A stretch of DNA of 64,000 nt, taken from a bacterium. Its GTDB lineage: Bacteria; UBA8248. Below the pieces are notes generated by a model. The model was given only the letters and a program-made list of their open reading frames with translations. It searched no databases and was not told the DNA's origin. Each line of letters starts with the position of its first letter. The first letter of the stretch is position 1. The DNA lies in NCBI GenBank assembly GCA_963692865.2, contig OY843592.1, positions 672,001 to 736,000 of the forward strand. Direction: 5' to 3'. Made by a program: the position numbers and the translations under genes. Positions 19,325 to 29,099 of this stretch are shown here, piece by piece.

Positions 19325-19564
19325 CCCCGAACGGGCATAACCCGTTAAAAAACAATCGGATAAATTTTCAGGAATTTATCGAAAAACGTCGTGAATTTAT
19401 ACAATTTTATCCAATTTTTCAGGAATTCCCTTGGGGCCCCGAAGAGGCCCGTTCCGGGCGGGCCGCGCGGGTCGATTCCGCCCGAAGAGGCGGGTCGATT
19501 CCGGCCGGCGCGGGAGGAATTGACGAGCGGACGGCCTCCTCACCCCGCGCGGCAGCCTCCCCAT

Positions 19565-19631
19565 CCGCCTCACCCTGAGTAGCCGCCGAAGGTCAAACGC
19601 GACTGAGAAAGAAGCGTTTGTATCGAAGGGC
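19565..19631 (+). repeat. palindromic repeat family A (CACCCTGAGTAGCCGCCGAAGG...GTATCGAAGGGC), uninterrupted copy
   Basis: Related copies at 20567, 26095, 29227, 33668/33875 and 40123. Confidence 0.75.
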
Positions 19632-19883
19632 GGGGGATTCGATTGCCGGCCGGGGAGGCGAATATCCTGCCGCCCGAAGCCGAATCGTCCGCTCCATTTT
19701 CTTTCCTCCTCCAATGGACGGGAGCGCCAATCGCGGCCCGCCCTTTCCGCCGGGGTCGATTTCCCGCGCGGGATTATTGCGCGCGCCGGCAAAAACCCAA
19801 TGACGCCAAATGCGGGGAAATGCGTCCCGATCTTTCAATGAACCCGGGGCTTTCCCTCCGCGACTGAATCCGGAACGACGGCG

Positions 19884-20354
19884 CTACCCGTTCACGTGCC
19901 AGACTTCGCGCATGGCGCAGCCGCCGGCCTTGAAGAGGTTGTAGACCGGGCACCTGCGGAAATAATCCGCCTTGAGCGCCTCCACCTGCTCTTCCGTCGC
20001 GTCGATATCGAGCCATATCTCGCTGCGCGCCTCGCTGGGGTTCGACTGGTAGCCCTCCCGGCCGGCGATGCCCCTGGGGCTGTAGACGATAGTGGACTTC
20101 ACCTTGAGGGAGTCGATTTCGAGCTTCGCGTCCTTGGCGCATCTCTCCAGAATCACCGCCGTACACCCGGCGAGCGAATTGACGAGATAGTCCATGGGTG
20201 AGGGAGCCTCGCCCGAGCCGCCCAGATGCCCGGGCTCGTCCATCACCAGGGTATACCCGCGCATGAGAGTCATGATGCTCTTCGAGCGCCCCTTGAAGTC
20301 GGCTTCCGCCCAGTTCTCCGTGGTTTCCGGCAGTTCCTTCGGCCGAATCGCCAT
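19884..20354 (-). CDS. OsmC/Ohr-family protein
   Basis: DEPGHLGG, PSPMDYL..SLAGC, RRCPVY (both Cys present). Confidence 0.88.
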   Translation of the reverse strand: MAIRPKELPETTENWAEADFKGRSKSIMTLMRGYTLVMDEPGHLGGSGEAPSPMDYLVNSLAGCTAVILERCAKDAKLEIDSLKVKSTIVYSPRGIAGREGYQSNPSEARSEIWLDIDATEEQVEALKADYFRRCPVYNLFKAGGCAMREVWHVNG

Positions 20355-20566
20355 GATTTGCGCTCCTTCTGATGATGAGAAATGAAAATTCCTTACCGGC
20401 GACGACACCGCGCGGGTCGCCCTTGAAGACTACCGTTGCATACGCGAGGCTCAATCGTCCGCGTCTTGTAGCAGGGGATTCTGGAAATGGTCAAATTCTC
20501 GTCTTGCATCGCCGCCGTATCGACCTCGCCCCGAGTAGCGCCGCGGCCGCCAGATACTCTTCCCCC

Positions 20567-20668
20567 CACCCTGAGCAGCCGCGCAGCGGCGTATCGAAGG
20601 GCCTGTTCCGAGTCTGTCGAAGTGGCGCTCCCTTGATACGGCCCCTTACGGGGCCTGCTCGGGACGAG
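20567..20668. repeat. family A inverted doublet
   Basis: CACCCTGAGCAGCCGCGCAGCGGCGTATCGAAGGG ... CCTTGATACGGCCCCTTACGGGGCCTGCTCGGGACGAGG. Confidence 0.7.
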
Positions 20669-20798
20669 GAGAAAACACCCCCTTCTTCTCCCGGGAGGGA
20701 GCGGAGGGGCAGAAACAGGCCCCCGCGCCTGTCCGAGGCCGCGGCCCACCCCTCCAGCGACAGGCCAACTGCATCTCATGCAGGGGCGGCGCTCGCAC

Positions 20799-20834
20799 AA
20801 AAAAACCGCCCCGCTCCCCGGAGGGAACGAGGCG
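20799..20834 (-). terminator. rho-independent terminator after bcp
   Basis: Minus strand CGCCTCGTTCCC-loop-GGGAGCGGGGCG followed by T run. Confidence 0.65.
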
Positions 20835-20855
20835 ATGAGGATTTGAAAAACTCGC

Positions 20856-21314
20856 CTAAAGCGCTTTCAGCACGTCCTTCGTGTGCCCGGCCACCTTGAC
20901 GTCCTTGAACACCTTCTCGATGACGCCGGTCTCGTCGATGATGTAGGTGGTGCGGAAGATGCCGTTGAACTTCTCGCCGAACAGCGTCTTCTCCCCGTAC
21001 GCCCCGTATTTCGAGGAGATCAATCCGTCGGGGTCCGCCAACAGGGTGAAGTCGAGCTCCAGTTGCTCGGAGAACTTCTTGTGGCTGACCTCGTTGTCGG
21101 GACTGACGCCGATTACGGTCGCGTTCTTCTTCTGGATCTTCTGCAGTTGCTTGTTGAAGTCCCGCGCCTCCGCCGTGCATCCGGGCGTGTTGTCCTTCGG
21201 GTAGAAGTAGAGCACCACCTTCTGGCCCTTGTATTTCGAGAGCCGGTGCACCTTGCCGTTTTCATCCCTCAAGGCGAAGGCGGGGGCTTTCACTCCTTCT
21301 TTCAGCGCTGCCAT
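20856..21314 (-). CDS. bcp: peroxiredoxin Q / bacterioferritin comigratory protein
   Basis: VVLYFYPKDNTPGCTAEA, RTTYIID. Confidence 0.92.
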   Translation of the reverse strand: MAALKEGVKAPAFALRDENGKVHRLSKYKGQKVVLYFYPKDNTPGCTAEARDFNKQLQKIQKKNATVIGVSPDNEVSHKKFSEQLELDFTLLADPDGLISSKYGAYGEKTLFGEKFNGIFRTTYIIDETGVIEKVFKDVKVAGHTKDVLKAL

Positions 21315-21452
21315 TTCGCCCCCCTGTCGTTGCAGTCCTGGAATCAAAAAAACCACGCGCCTGATTACGCATGTTTGGGATATTGCAGGAATAATCGACG
21401 TTCGGGTGATTATAATGCCATAGATGAGAAGAGACTTCAAGCGTCGTCGGAG

Positions 21453-22274
21453 TTACAGCCCCCAGTCGCGGGCGTAGCGGAAATCGCGGTCTATCGTGCG
21501 CTGGCTGAGCTTGGCGATGAGCGGAAGGCGCCGCTTGTACTGGCTGCGCTGCACGAGGCGCTGGATGCCGTCCACGAGTTCCGGCGGGAAGCCCTCGCCG
21601 AGGAGTTCCTCGCGCGTGTAGCGGCGGTCGATCATCCGGTAGAGAACGGCGTCGGCCACCTCGTAGGTGTAGCCGAGTTCCTGCTCGTCGGTCTGGCCCA
21701 CCCACAGGTCCGCGCTCGGGGCCTTCTCCACCACCTGCGCGGGCACGCCGACGTGGCGCGAGAGCTGGCGCACCTGCGTCTTGAACAGATCGCCGATGGG
21801 GTTCACCGCGCTGGCCATGTCGCCGAAGAGCGTCCCGTAGCCGAGCAGGAGTTCGGTCTTGTTGCTCGTGCCCACGACCAGCGCGCCGAGCATGGCCGAA
21901 TGGTCGTAGAGAATCGTCATCCGCTCGCGCGCCATCTTGTTGCCCCGGCGCAGGTTGTCCGCGCCCGGGAAACGCTCGAAATACGCGTCCACCTGGGGCG
22001 AGATGTCCACTACTTCGATTCGGATGTTGCTTTTCTCGGCCACCGCGCGCGCGTCCGCCTCGCTCTGGGGGTTCGAGAGGCGGTAGGGCATGATGACGCC
22101 GGTCACGTTCTCGGGGCCCATGGCGCGCGCCGCCAGGAAGGCGGAGAGCGCGCTGTCTATCCCGCCCGAAAGTCCCAGGACGAGTTTCCCGACGCCCACT
22201 TTCGAGACCTCATCGCGAATGAAGCCCGCCAGCAGGCCGGCGGCGAGGTCGCCGTCGAGCTCCAGTTCCGCCAT
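21453..22274 (-). CDS. nadE: NAD+ synthetase, synthetase subunit only
   Basis: [50 protein letters not shown]. Confidence 0.93.
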   Translation of the reverse strand: MAELELDGDLAAGLLAGFIRDEVSKVGVGKLVLGLSGGIDSALSAFLAARAMGPENVTGVIMPYRLSNPQSEADARAVAEKSNIRIEVVDISPQVDAYFERFPGADNLRRGNKMARERMTILYDHSAMLGALVVGTSNKTELLLGYGTLFGDMASAVNPIGDLFKTQVRQLSRHVGVPAQVVEKAPSADLWVGQTDEQELGYTYEVADAVLYRMIDRRYTREELLGEGFPPELVDGIQRLVQRSQYKRRLPLIAKLSQRTIDRDFRYARDWGL

Positions 22275-22444
22275 CGCGCCTTCAATAAGCTCTTCGTCCA
22301 GCAAGTGCCATGCCTCCACTAATAGATTTCGCGGCGATTCGCCTACTATCATGCCTCCCGCCCGCTCGGCCTGCAACGCCGCCGGGCCATTGACCGCGCG
22401 CGGCGCGGGGGGCGCCCTTCTATCATCCATCTACCGATTATATA

Positions 22445-22829
22445 GCTGTTGAAAAAGTCCCCTGACGAGGGAGGCTGGGGGTTGCTGCCCCGATGAACGA
22501 GGGTTTAACGCGACCGGGGAGGAGGCGGTTTTTGCAGGTCAGACATATATGTCTGACATATTATGCGGCCCGGCTTTTTCGCCTTTACAATGCGGGTCGC
22601 ATACTATGCGACCCCTACACGAGTATTGACATCCCGACCAAGGGGGAAGTGGTTCTCTTGCCTCTCGCCGGGGGAGGTCGCCTTCAGCGGGAAGACCGCT
22701 TCCGCGCGAACCCCCCGCCCTCATCGTCGAAAGCAACCCCCTCTACCCCCCCTGGCAAGGGCCGTTCGCGAACGGCCCCTACAATCGAGATTACGCACCG
22801 TCATTCCGGCAATCAATCCCGACCGGGGA
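22445..22829. repeat. mosaic of an orphan MITE end and REP-like palindromes
   Basis: GCTGTTGAAAAAGTCCCC at 22445; GTCAGACATATATGTCTGAC; GGGTCGCATACTATGCGACCCCTAC; GGGCCGTTCGCGAACGGCCCCTAC. Confidence 0.7.
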
Positions 22830-23033
22830 GGGGGTGTTGAAAAACCCCTTGCGGGCCGGTCGGGATATCACCGTAGGGGCCGCATATTATGCGGCCCTGC
22901 CTTATCGCCTTCACAATACGGATCGCATGATATGTCAGACATATATGTCCGACCTGCCAACCTCTGCGAAACGAAACGCAGGGGCGGACATATGTGTCCG
23001 CCCGACCCCGGAACAGGGTTTTTCAACAGCCCC
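22830..23033. mobile_element. MITE-like element with REPIN cargo
   Basis: Ends GGGGGTGTTGAAAAACCC / GGGTTTTTCAACAGCCCC; internal GTAGGGGCCGCATATTATGCGGCCC; no target duplication recognisable. Confidence 0.65.
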
Positions 23034-23151
23034 TCTTCACTCGCGTTTGACCCCTGACAAGGGGGGTTGCCTTTATGGGGTTTCCCTTTCAAGGAAGTTG
23101 CCTTTACCCTGTCAGGGGGACTTATTCAACGACCTCTCTCATGGAGTCCTT

Positions 23152-23931
23152 ATGCCATACGTGGGAAACATCGAAGACCTGAAATGGGTGTACGACCCCG
23201 AAGAAGCGATGCGCCAAGGCTCGCCCATCCTCATCGACACGCCGAACCTGGAGGTTCGGGTCATCGTCCTTCAGCCGGGCATGTACCCTCCCTATCACGC
23301 GCATCACGAGGAGATGGACGAGGGCTACCTCATCTACAACGGGCGCGGACTCATCCTCAACGACGGCGCCACGTTCGAAGTCGCAAAGGGCGACGTGCTC
23401 CTGAACCCGCGCGGGGCGATGCACAACATGAAGAACACAGGCGATGGCGAGTTGATAGAGTTCAACTTCAGGGGCGGGCGGATGCCCTCGGGCTTTCTGT
23501 TGCCGCCGGGCGACCCGCCGCCCAGTCCCGATCCCGAATCGGTGGAAAACCCCCTCGCCCCGCCCGTGCCCTACGTCAAGGGCGACGTCGCCGGACTCAC
23601 GGGGCCGTTCGACGCAAGCTCCGTGAAAGAGAAGGGCCTCTCGCGCGCCATCTCCACCGAATACCTCGAATGCCAGATCGTCTCGTTCCCGCCGGGCGGG
23701 AGGCCGCACGTCCACCGGCACCTGAACACGATGGACGAGGCGACGCTCGTTCTGGAGGGACGCATGAACTTCATCATCGAAGACGAAACCATCGAAGCGT
23801 CAGTCGGCGATCTGGTGCACACCCCCGGCGGGGCGTGGCACACCGTGCACAACGCGAGCGATGCGCCCGCCGTGCTCTTCAACTTCAGAGGCGGCGCGCT
23901 GCCCTCCAGAACCGAATGGCGCGATGCGTAG
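23152..23931 (+). CDS. bicupin protein (two cupin domains)
   Basis: PYHAHHEEMDEGY...GAMH and PHVHRHLNTMDEA...GAWH; real start MPYVG (upstream ORF extension lies in repeats). Confidence 0.85.
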   Translation: MPYVGNIEDLKWVYDPEEAMRQGSPILIDTPNLEVRVIVLQPGMYPPYHAHHEEMDEGYLIYNGRGLILNDGATFEVAKGDVLLNPRGAMHNMKNTGDGELIEFNFRGGRMPSGFLLPPGDPPPSPDPESVENPLAPPVPYVKGDVAGLTGPFDASSVKEKGLSRAISTEYLECQIVSFPPGGRPHVHRHLNTMDEATLVLEGRMNFIIEDETIEASVGDLVHTPGGAWHTVHNASDAPAVLFNFRGGALPSRTEWRDA

Positions 23932-23943
23932 AGAGAGACCGCC

Positions 23944-24638
23944 CGTAGGGGCGGACCCGTGTGTCGGCCCGTCTCGATCCGCAAGGCTCTTGTAGGGACA
24001 GGCCTCCGCGCCTGTCCTCAAGAGGGACAACCACAGGGGGCAGGACAACCCTGAAGGGTTGTCCCTACGGTTTAATCAATTCTTGAATCCTTGGAAACGA
24101 ACCCTTCCTGCGATGTCGTTTTGATCGTCATTCCGGCGTCAAACCCGACCGGGGAAGAAGGAAACTTCACTCCCCCTTGAGGGGGAGTCGAAGAGGCCGA
24201 GCCTCCGGCGAAGGCCGATTCGGTGGGGGGTAAATCGCGTTTTTACGCATTCCGAATTATACCCCCCACCAGTTCGCTTTCGGGCTTACGCCCTCAACTC
24301 ACTGACTCCCCCTCAAGGGGGGAGTGAAATTCAGCGCACTCCCTTTGTGGGATTTTTCAACAATCCCGAAGGAATCCGGTTTGGTAGGAACAGGTCGCGG
24401 CCTTGGGCTGTTCAAAAGAACAGCCCACTACGGTGAGAGACAACAACGGGGCAAAGTGTATTGTAGGGGTCGCATACATGCGACCCGCGGTTTAACGGCG
24501 AAAAAACAGGGACGCATGTATGCGTCCCCTACAATGCCATCGCGTTTTTCCTGACAGGTCAGGCACGGGGGCCTGTCCCTACGGATCCCGGTCGGTTACA
24601 TCTTCCGAAACACGAAATCAGAGTTTTTCAACAACCCC
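23944..24638. repeat. REP/REPIN mosaic with two MITE-type right ends
   Basis: GTAGGGGCGGACCCGTGTGTCGGCCC; GTAGGGACAGGCCTCCGCGCCTGTCC; GGACAACCCTGAAGGGTTGTCCCTAC; long palindrome 24166-24328; GTAGGGGTCGCATACATGCGACCC...GGGACGCATGTATGCGTCCCCTAC; TTTTTCAACAA(T/C)CCC ending at 24367 and 24638. Confidence 0.8.
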
Positions 24639-24652
24639 TCCCCGCTTGGGTT

Positions 24653-25513
24653 TTACCCCGCCCGCGAGCGCTGGATGCGGCGGAGTTCGCGCAGGGTGAG
24701 GTGCAGATCCTCGTCCCGGAGCGTGGGGGATGCGATGCGCGCGCGGCGCACGTTCGCCGTGTCCACTTCCGCCGCGAGCAATTCTTCGCCTCCGCGCTCC
24801 GCCTGGGCGAGCGGCTCCCCGCTCGGCGCGAGAATTTCGGACCCGCCCCAGAAGTTGATGCCGTCCTCGTATCCCACTCGGTTGCTGAAGACGACGTGCT
24901 GGTTGTAGGCCGCGGCGTATGTTCTCGTGAGCGACTGCCAGACGCGCTGGATGGCGAGGCCGCCCTCGCCGTTCGCCTTGCTCACGCCGCGCGCGGGACT
25001 CGCCGAGGGGACGATGAGCAGGTCCGCGCCGTCGAGCGAGGCGACCCCCGCCAGGCTCGGGTGCCAGGCGTCCTCGCATATCAAGATGGCCGCGCGCCCG
25101 AACCGCGTGTCGAAGGCGCGCACCTTGTCCCCCCGGCCCACGTAGCGGTTCTCGTCGAACAGCCCGTAGGTCGGCAGGTACACCTTTCGGTGCACGTGGA
25201 GAAGCTCGCCGCCCTCGAAATAGGCGGCGGAGTTGAAAAACCCGTGCCTGCCCGATTCCTCCACGAACCCCACCACGAGGGAGAGTTTCTCGCTCAGGGC
25301 GGCGATTTCCTTCATCGCCGAGGTGTTGCGCCGGATGGCCACCTCGGGAACCATGTCCTTGAGGAAATAGCCCGTGAGGGAGAGTTCGGGAAACACGAGG
25401 AGATCGACGCCTCCCGCCTCGGCCTTTCTCACCGCATCCACCAGCAATTCGCGGTTCGCGTCGAGGTTCCCGAGCCTGGGGCCTATCTGCGCCGCCGCCG
25501 CCAGAAATTTCAT
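24653..25513 (-). CDS. carbon-nitrogen hydrolase, probable glutaminase subunit of NAD+ synthetase
   Basis: VFPELSLTGY, HRKVYLPTYGLFDENRY, ICEDAW, SASP: E-K-C triad with the NadE glutaminase-type LPTYGxFDE motif. Confidence 0.85.
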   Translation of the reverse strand: MKFLAAAAQIGPRLGNLDANRELLVDAVRKAEAGGVDLLVFPELSLTGYFLKDMVPEVAIRRNTSAMKEIAALSEKLSLVVGFVEESGRHGFFNSAAYFEGGELLHVHRKVYLPTYGLFDENRYVGRGDKVRAFDTRFGRAAILICEDAWHPSLAGVASLDGADLLIVPSASPARGVSKANGEGGLAIQRVWQSLTRTYAAAYNQHVVFSNRVGYEDGINFWGGSEILAPSGEPLAQAERGGEELLAAEVDTANVRRARIASPTLRDEDLHLTLRELRRIQRSRAG

Positions 25514-25638
25514 GTCCTCTTCCCGTCGAGATCGAATAAAAATTCAAAACGTCCTGCGCTTGGCGTCAAGACGCCGCGCGCCCATCCTTGTCTAGCACAT
25601 TATCGGCGATCCTAGGAAACCGGCGCGGGAAAAGCGGC

Positions 25639-26013
25639 TCAGATGAAGAGCTTGGTCTCCGCGCCCCTGGTTTTCCGCATGAACTCGGGCAGGCTGATTA
25701 CCTCGTCCACGACGTCCGCCACCTCCTCGGGCGCGAGTCCCAGGAGCTTGGGCTGTGCGGCGCAGGCGTATAGTTTCAGTTTCCCGAGCCTCCTCGCGGA
25801 CTCGATGAGTTCCTCCGCCGAATGCGCCCCGCGCGCGCCCTCCGCTGCGGGAAGCGCGGCATCGAGATCATCATCGACGAATCGCTTGAGCGCGCCGAAG
25901 AACAGGATGACATGCGCCTCGTCCCCGTTCGCGGCGGCGCTCGCCGCAAGCGCGGCTACCTGATGGATGCGCTCGGCGTCGCCGCTGTGGGCGTATATGA
26001 CGAACTGGGACAT
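25639..26013 (-). CDS. DsrE/DsrF-like protein
   Basis: ASAAANGDEAHVILFFGAL, KLYAC, terminal LFI. Confidence 0.75.
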   Translation of the reverse strand: MSQFVIYAHSGDAERIHQVAALAASAAANGDEAHVILFFGALKRFVDDDLDAALPAAEGARGAHSAEELIESARRLGKLKLYACAAQPKLLGLAPEEVADVVDEVISLPEFMRKTRGAETKLFI

Positions 26014-26094
26014 GTGGGCCTTAATGGTTATGCGGGTGGAATTGGGGAGGGCTTACGCAATCCCCCTCCTCGTCCTGCGCAGCCCGCCGCTCCG

Positions 26095-26206
26095 CCTCAC
26101 CCTGAGTAGCGGCGAAGCCGCGTATCGAAGGGCGAAATTTACGCCCACCACAGAGATACGCTCCCCATCCTTCGATACGGCGCTTACGCGCCTACTCAGG
26201 ATGAGG
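26095..26206. repeat. family A inverted doublet
   Basis: CCTCACCCTGAGTAGCGGCGAAGCCGCGTATCGAAGG ... CCTTCGATACGGCGCTTACGCGCCTACTCAGGATGAGG; orphan MITE right end follows at ~26253-26267. Confidence 0.8.
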
Positions 26207-26370
26207 AAAATTGGTTCTGTCGGGGAAGACCTGTGTGTCTTCCCCATCGCAATTTTTCAACAGCCCCCTCAAGGAGGGAATGGTTTCATAGGCAACTTTT
26301 CTTACGATGCTCGAAGAATTTTTCAAATGCCCGAAACACCCGACCGCGGAAACCCGATTCCCCAACCGCA

Positions 26371-26640
26371 TCACTCGAAATCTTTCGGCTTTACGTTCTC
26401 GAAGTCATAGTCGGGCAGGTCCGATCGGGGCGGCGGGTCGACGCCCTCGTCCTGCATGTGGCGAGGCCTCGGCTGCGAGGCCAGAAGGTGGACGATCAAA
26501 CGATAGAGGCCGTAGATCAGGCCGAAGGCCGCGACGAACCAGAGCGCTCCCGTGAAGTCGCGTTGATAGAAGTAGTACGCGATGCCCAGCCAGAAAACGA
26601 ACCCGGCGAATATGCCCAGAGCCGATCGGTTGTTCTCCAT
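26371..26640 (-). CDS. small two-TM hypothetical protein
   Basis: MENNRSALGIFAGFVFWLG... two hydrophobic segments; downstream of bactofilin. Confidence 0.6.
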   Translation of the reverse strand: MENNRSALGIFAGFVFWLGIAYYFYQRDFTGALWFVAAFGLIYGLYRLIVHLLASQPRPRHMQDEGVDPPPRSDLPDYDFENVKPKDFE

Positions 26641-26678
26641 CGCCAGCCGCCTTCTTCGAACCGCCCGCAAGCGCGCGC

Positions 26679-27122
26679 TCAGTCCGTCTCGGAAGCGGGC
26701 GTCGCGGACGCACTCTCCCCGGTATCCGCCTCCGCCGTTCCGGGGTCTTCCTCCGCTTCCCCCGCGCTCGCCGCCGCGCCCGTTCCATCGCTCGCCATGT
26801 GGCAGGCGCCCTCGAACACGGCGCCCTCTTCGATGTAGATGCTCGGCGTGAAAATTTCGCCGATCACGTGGGCGCCGACCCTGATCTCGCATTTTTCCCT
26901 GGCCTCTATGCTGCCGTCCATCCGGCCCATCACAATCACGACGCCGGCCTTGACCTGGGCCTTCACCTTCGCCGCGTTCCCGACGATGAAGGTGTCGTCC
27001 GTGATGACCTCGCCCTCGAGGACGCCGTCCACGCGCACGGTGCCCTCGAAGGTGATGACGCCCTTGAACTCGGTGCCCTCCCCCAGGAAGGCGCGAATGC
27101 TCTTCTCGTAGTTTTTCGCCAT
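26679..27122 (-). CDS. bactofilin (polymer-forming cytoskeletal protein)
   Basis: FLGEGTEFKGVITFEGTVRVDGVLEGEV...IEEGAVFEGACHM; adjacent to parB. Confidence 0.9.
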   Translation of the reverse strand: MAKNYEKSIRAFLGEGTEFKGVITFEGTVRVDGVLEGEVITDDTFIVGNAAKVKAQVKAGVVIVMGRMDGSIEAREKCEIRVGAHVIGEIFTPSIYIEEGAVFEGACHMASDGTGAAASAGEAEEDPGTAEADTGESASATPASETD

Positions 27123-27161
27123 CCATCGACCCTCGCCTGATTCCCGATAGAAAAACCGAAG

Positions 27162-28088
27162 CTAACTAAGCCGCTGGAGCAATCCCTCGAGCGTCTCCCT
27201 CGTATAATACTCTATTTCTATCTTTCCGCTCTCCCCGTCTCCTGAAATTGCGACTTTCGTACCCAGCGCGCTTCGGAGCCGCCCGGCCGCCTCGCGCAGA
27301 TAAATCGCCTGCGGCCCCGTCGGCCCGTTCGGGGGAGCGGACCGCGGGGAGGCTTCCCTCTTCCCGCTTCCGCCTTCGAGCGCGCGCCTCACGCGCGCTT
27401 CGAGCCCGCGCACGGAGAGCCTCTTCTGGGTGGCGGCCTCGGCGTGGCTCGCCATCTCCTCTTCCGTGCGCAGGGACAGGAGCGCCCTGGCGTGCCCCAT
27501 GGAGAGAAGGCCGGCGGCCACGCTCTCCTGAACCGAGGCGGGCAGATTGAGGAGGCGGACGTAGTTCGCGACCGTGGAGCGATCCTTCCCCACGCGCGCG
27601 GCGACTTCTTCCTGCGTGAGACCCAGGCGCTCCATCATGCCCGCGTATGCGGCCGCCTCCTCCATGGGGTTCAGGTCCGCGCGCTGCACGTTCTCGACGA
27701 TGGCGAGCTCCAAGGCCTCGTCTCCGCCCGCGTCGAGCAGGACGGCGGGAACCTCATCGACTTCCGCCAGCCGGGCGGCGCGCCATCGCCGCTCCCCGGC
27801 CACGATCTCATACCCCCCGCCCGCGGCGCGGCGCACCAGAAGGGGCTGGATCACCCCGTGGCGCCGAACGGATTCGGCGAGCTCGGCCAGGTCCTCCTCG
27901 TCGAAATCGACGCGCGGCTGGTGAACGCCCGGTGCGAGGCGGTCGGGAGAAAGCCGCAGCAGAATTCCCGCATCCTCGGCGGCGCCTCCAGGAGTATCCA
28001 GTACCGCTGGTGTGGGTTCTTGCGTTTCCTGGGAGGCCAGGAGCGCGTCCAGGCCGCGTCCGAGCACTTTTTTCCTCATGGTCGTCAT
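27162..28088 (-). CDS. parB: chromosome partitioning protein ParB
   Basis: LGRGLDAL, QPR, GVIQPLLVR, IVAGERRWRAA, ENVQRADLNPMEEA, GKDRSTVAN. Confidence 0.96.
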   Translation of the reverse strand: MTTMRKKVLGRGLDALLASQETQEPTPAVLDTPGGAAEDAGILLRLSPDRLAPGVHQPRVDFDEEDLAELAESVRRHGVIQPLLVRRAAGGGYEIVAGERRWRAARLAEVDEVPAVLLDAGGDEALELAIVENVQRADLNPMEEAAAYAGMMERLGLTQEEVAARVGKDRSTVANYVRLLNLPASVQESVAAGLLSMGHARALLSLRTEEEMASHAEAATQKRLSVRGLEARVRRALEGGSGKREASPRSAPPNGPTGPQAIYLREAAGRLRSALGTKVAISGDGESGKIEIEYYTRETLEGLLQRLS

Positions 28089-28930
28089 GTCCGGTTTTTC
28101 ATCCTTTCCTTCGAGCGCACGATGAACTCGCCCGCCAGCGCGAGATACGCCTGCGCGCCCGGCGAGGAGATGTCGTACGTGATCACCGGCTTCCCGTGGC
28201 TGGGCGCCTCGGCGAGGCGCACGTTCCTGGGAATCACGGCCCGGTAGGTCAACTCCGGCAGGTGGGAGCGCAAATCCTCGTTCACCTGACGCGAAAGGTT
28301 CGTCCTCGAATCATACATCGTCAGCAGGATCCCGCCTATCCTCAAGCCCGGATGAACGCTCCCGCGTATCCGCTCCACCGTCTTCATCAGCCGCGCCAGA
28401 CCCTCGAGCGCGAAATACTCCGCCTGGATGGGGATGAGCACCTCGTCCGCCGCCCGCAGGCCGTTCAGCGTCAGAAAACCCAGTGAGGGCGGGCAGTCGA
28501 TGAGGATACAGCGGTACCGGCTTCTGAGCGGCTCTATGACGCCCAGCAAGCGGCTCTCCCTTTGCGGCAAATCGGCAATCTCCACCTCCGCGCCCGCCAG
28601 GTCGATGGAGGAGGGAAGGATGTCAAGCCCTTTAATATCAGTAGCATGCAATGATTCATCGCCTATCGGCTCGCCAAGCACGAGCGCCCGGTAGAGCGAA
28701 GAAGATGGCGAAAACAAACCGAAATTGCTCGTCGCGTTCGATTGCGGGTCCATGTCGACCAGCAGCGTCGGCTGGTCCGCCACCGCGAGGCAGGCCGCGA
28801 GGTTGACGGCCGTCGTCGTCTTGCCGACGCCGCCTTTCTGGTTCACGACGGCCACGACCGTGCAGGGGGCCTCGTTTGCTTCGGCCTCGGGAGCGCTCGG
28901 GTGGATCGTCGCTCCGGGTGTGGTTTCCAT
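28085..28930 (-). CDS. parA: chromosome partitioning ATPase ParA/Soj
   Basis: NQKGGVGKTTT, DMDPQSNAT, DCPPSLG, IPRNVRLAEAPSHG. Confidence 0.96.
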   Translation of the reverse strand: METTPGATIHPSAPEAEANEAPCTVVAVVNQKGGVGKTTTAVNLAACLAVADQPTLLVDMDPQSNATSNFGLFSPSSSLYRALVLGEPIGDESLHATDIKGLDILPSSIDLAGAEVEIADLPQRESRLLGVIEPLRSRYRCILIDCPPSLGFLTLNGLRAADEVLIPIQAEYFALEGLARLMKTVERIRGSVHPGLRIGGILLTMYDSRTNLSRQVNEDLRSHLPELTYRAVIPRNVRLAEAPSHGKPVITYDISSPGAQAYLALAGEFIVRSKERMKNRT

Positions 28931-29005
28931 ATTCTTGCTTCAAGGCGGATGAAAACGGGTGCGATGATCAAAGGTTCTCACACCGCCCCCGAAAATTCAA
29001 CCGGA

Positions 29006-29021
29006 TGTTTCACGTGGAACA
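29006..29021. promoter_or_regulatory. parS site
   Basis: TGTTTCACGTGGAACA matches TGTTNCACGTGAAACA consensus. Confidence 0.9.
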
Positions 29022-29049
29022 AAATTTCTCGATAATTCGGCTAGGGATA

Positions 29050-29065
29050 TGTTCCACGTGGAACG
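29050..29065. promoter_or_regulatory. parS site
   Basis: TGTTCCACGTGGAACG. Confidence 0.85.
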
Positions 29066-29099
29066 GTGGGGATTTTGACGATGAGACGGGTGTTATTTG

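Noticed and set aside
22834-23151. N-terminal extension of the bicupin ORF
   Set aside because: It translates MITE/REP sequence; an RBS-like GGAG precedes ATG 23152.
22445-24638. CRISPR array
   Set aside because: The repeats are heterogeneous inverted palindromes without constant repeat-spacer periodicity; no cas genes.
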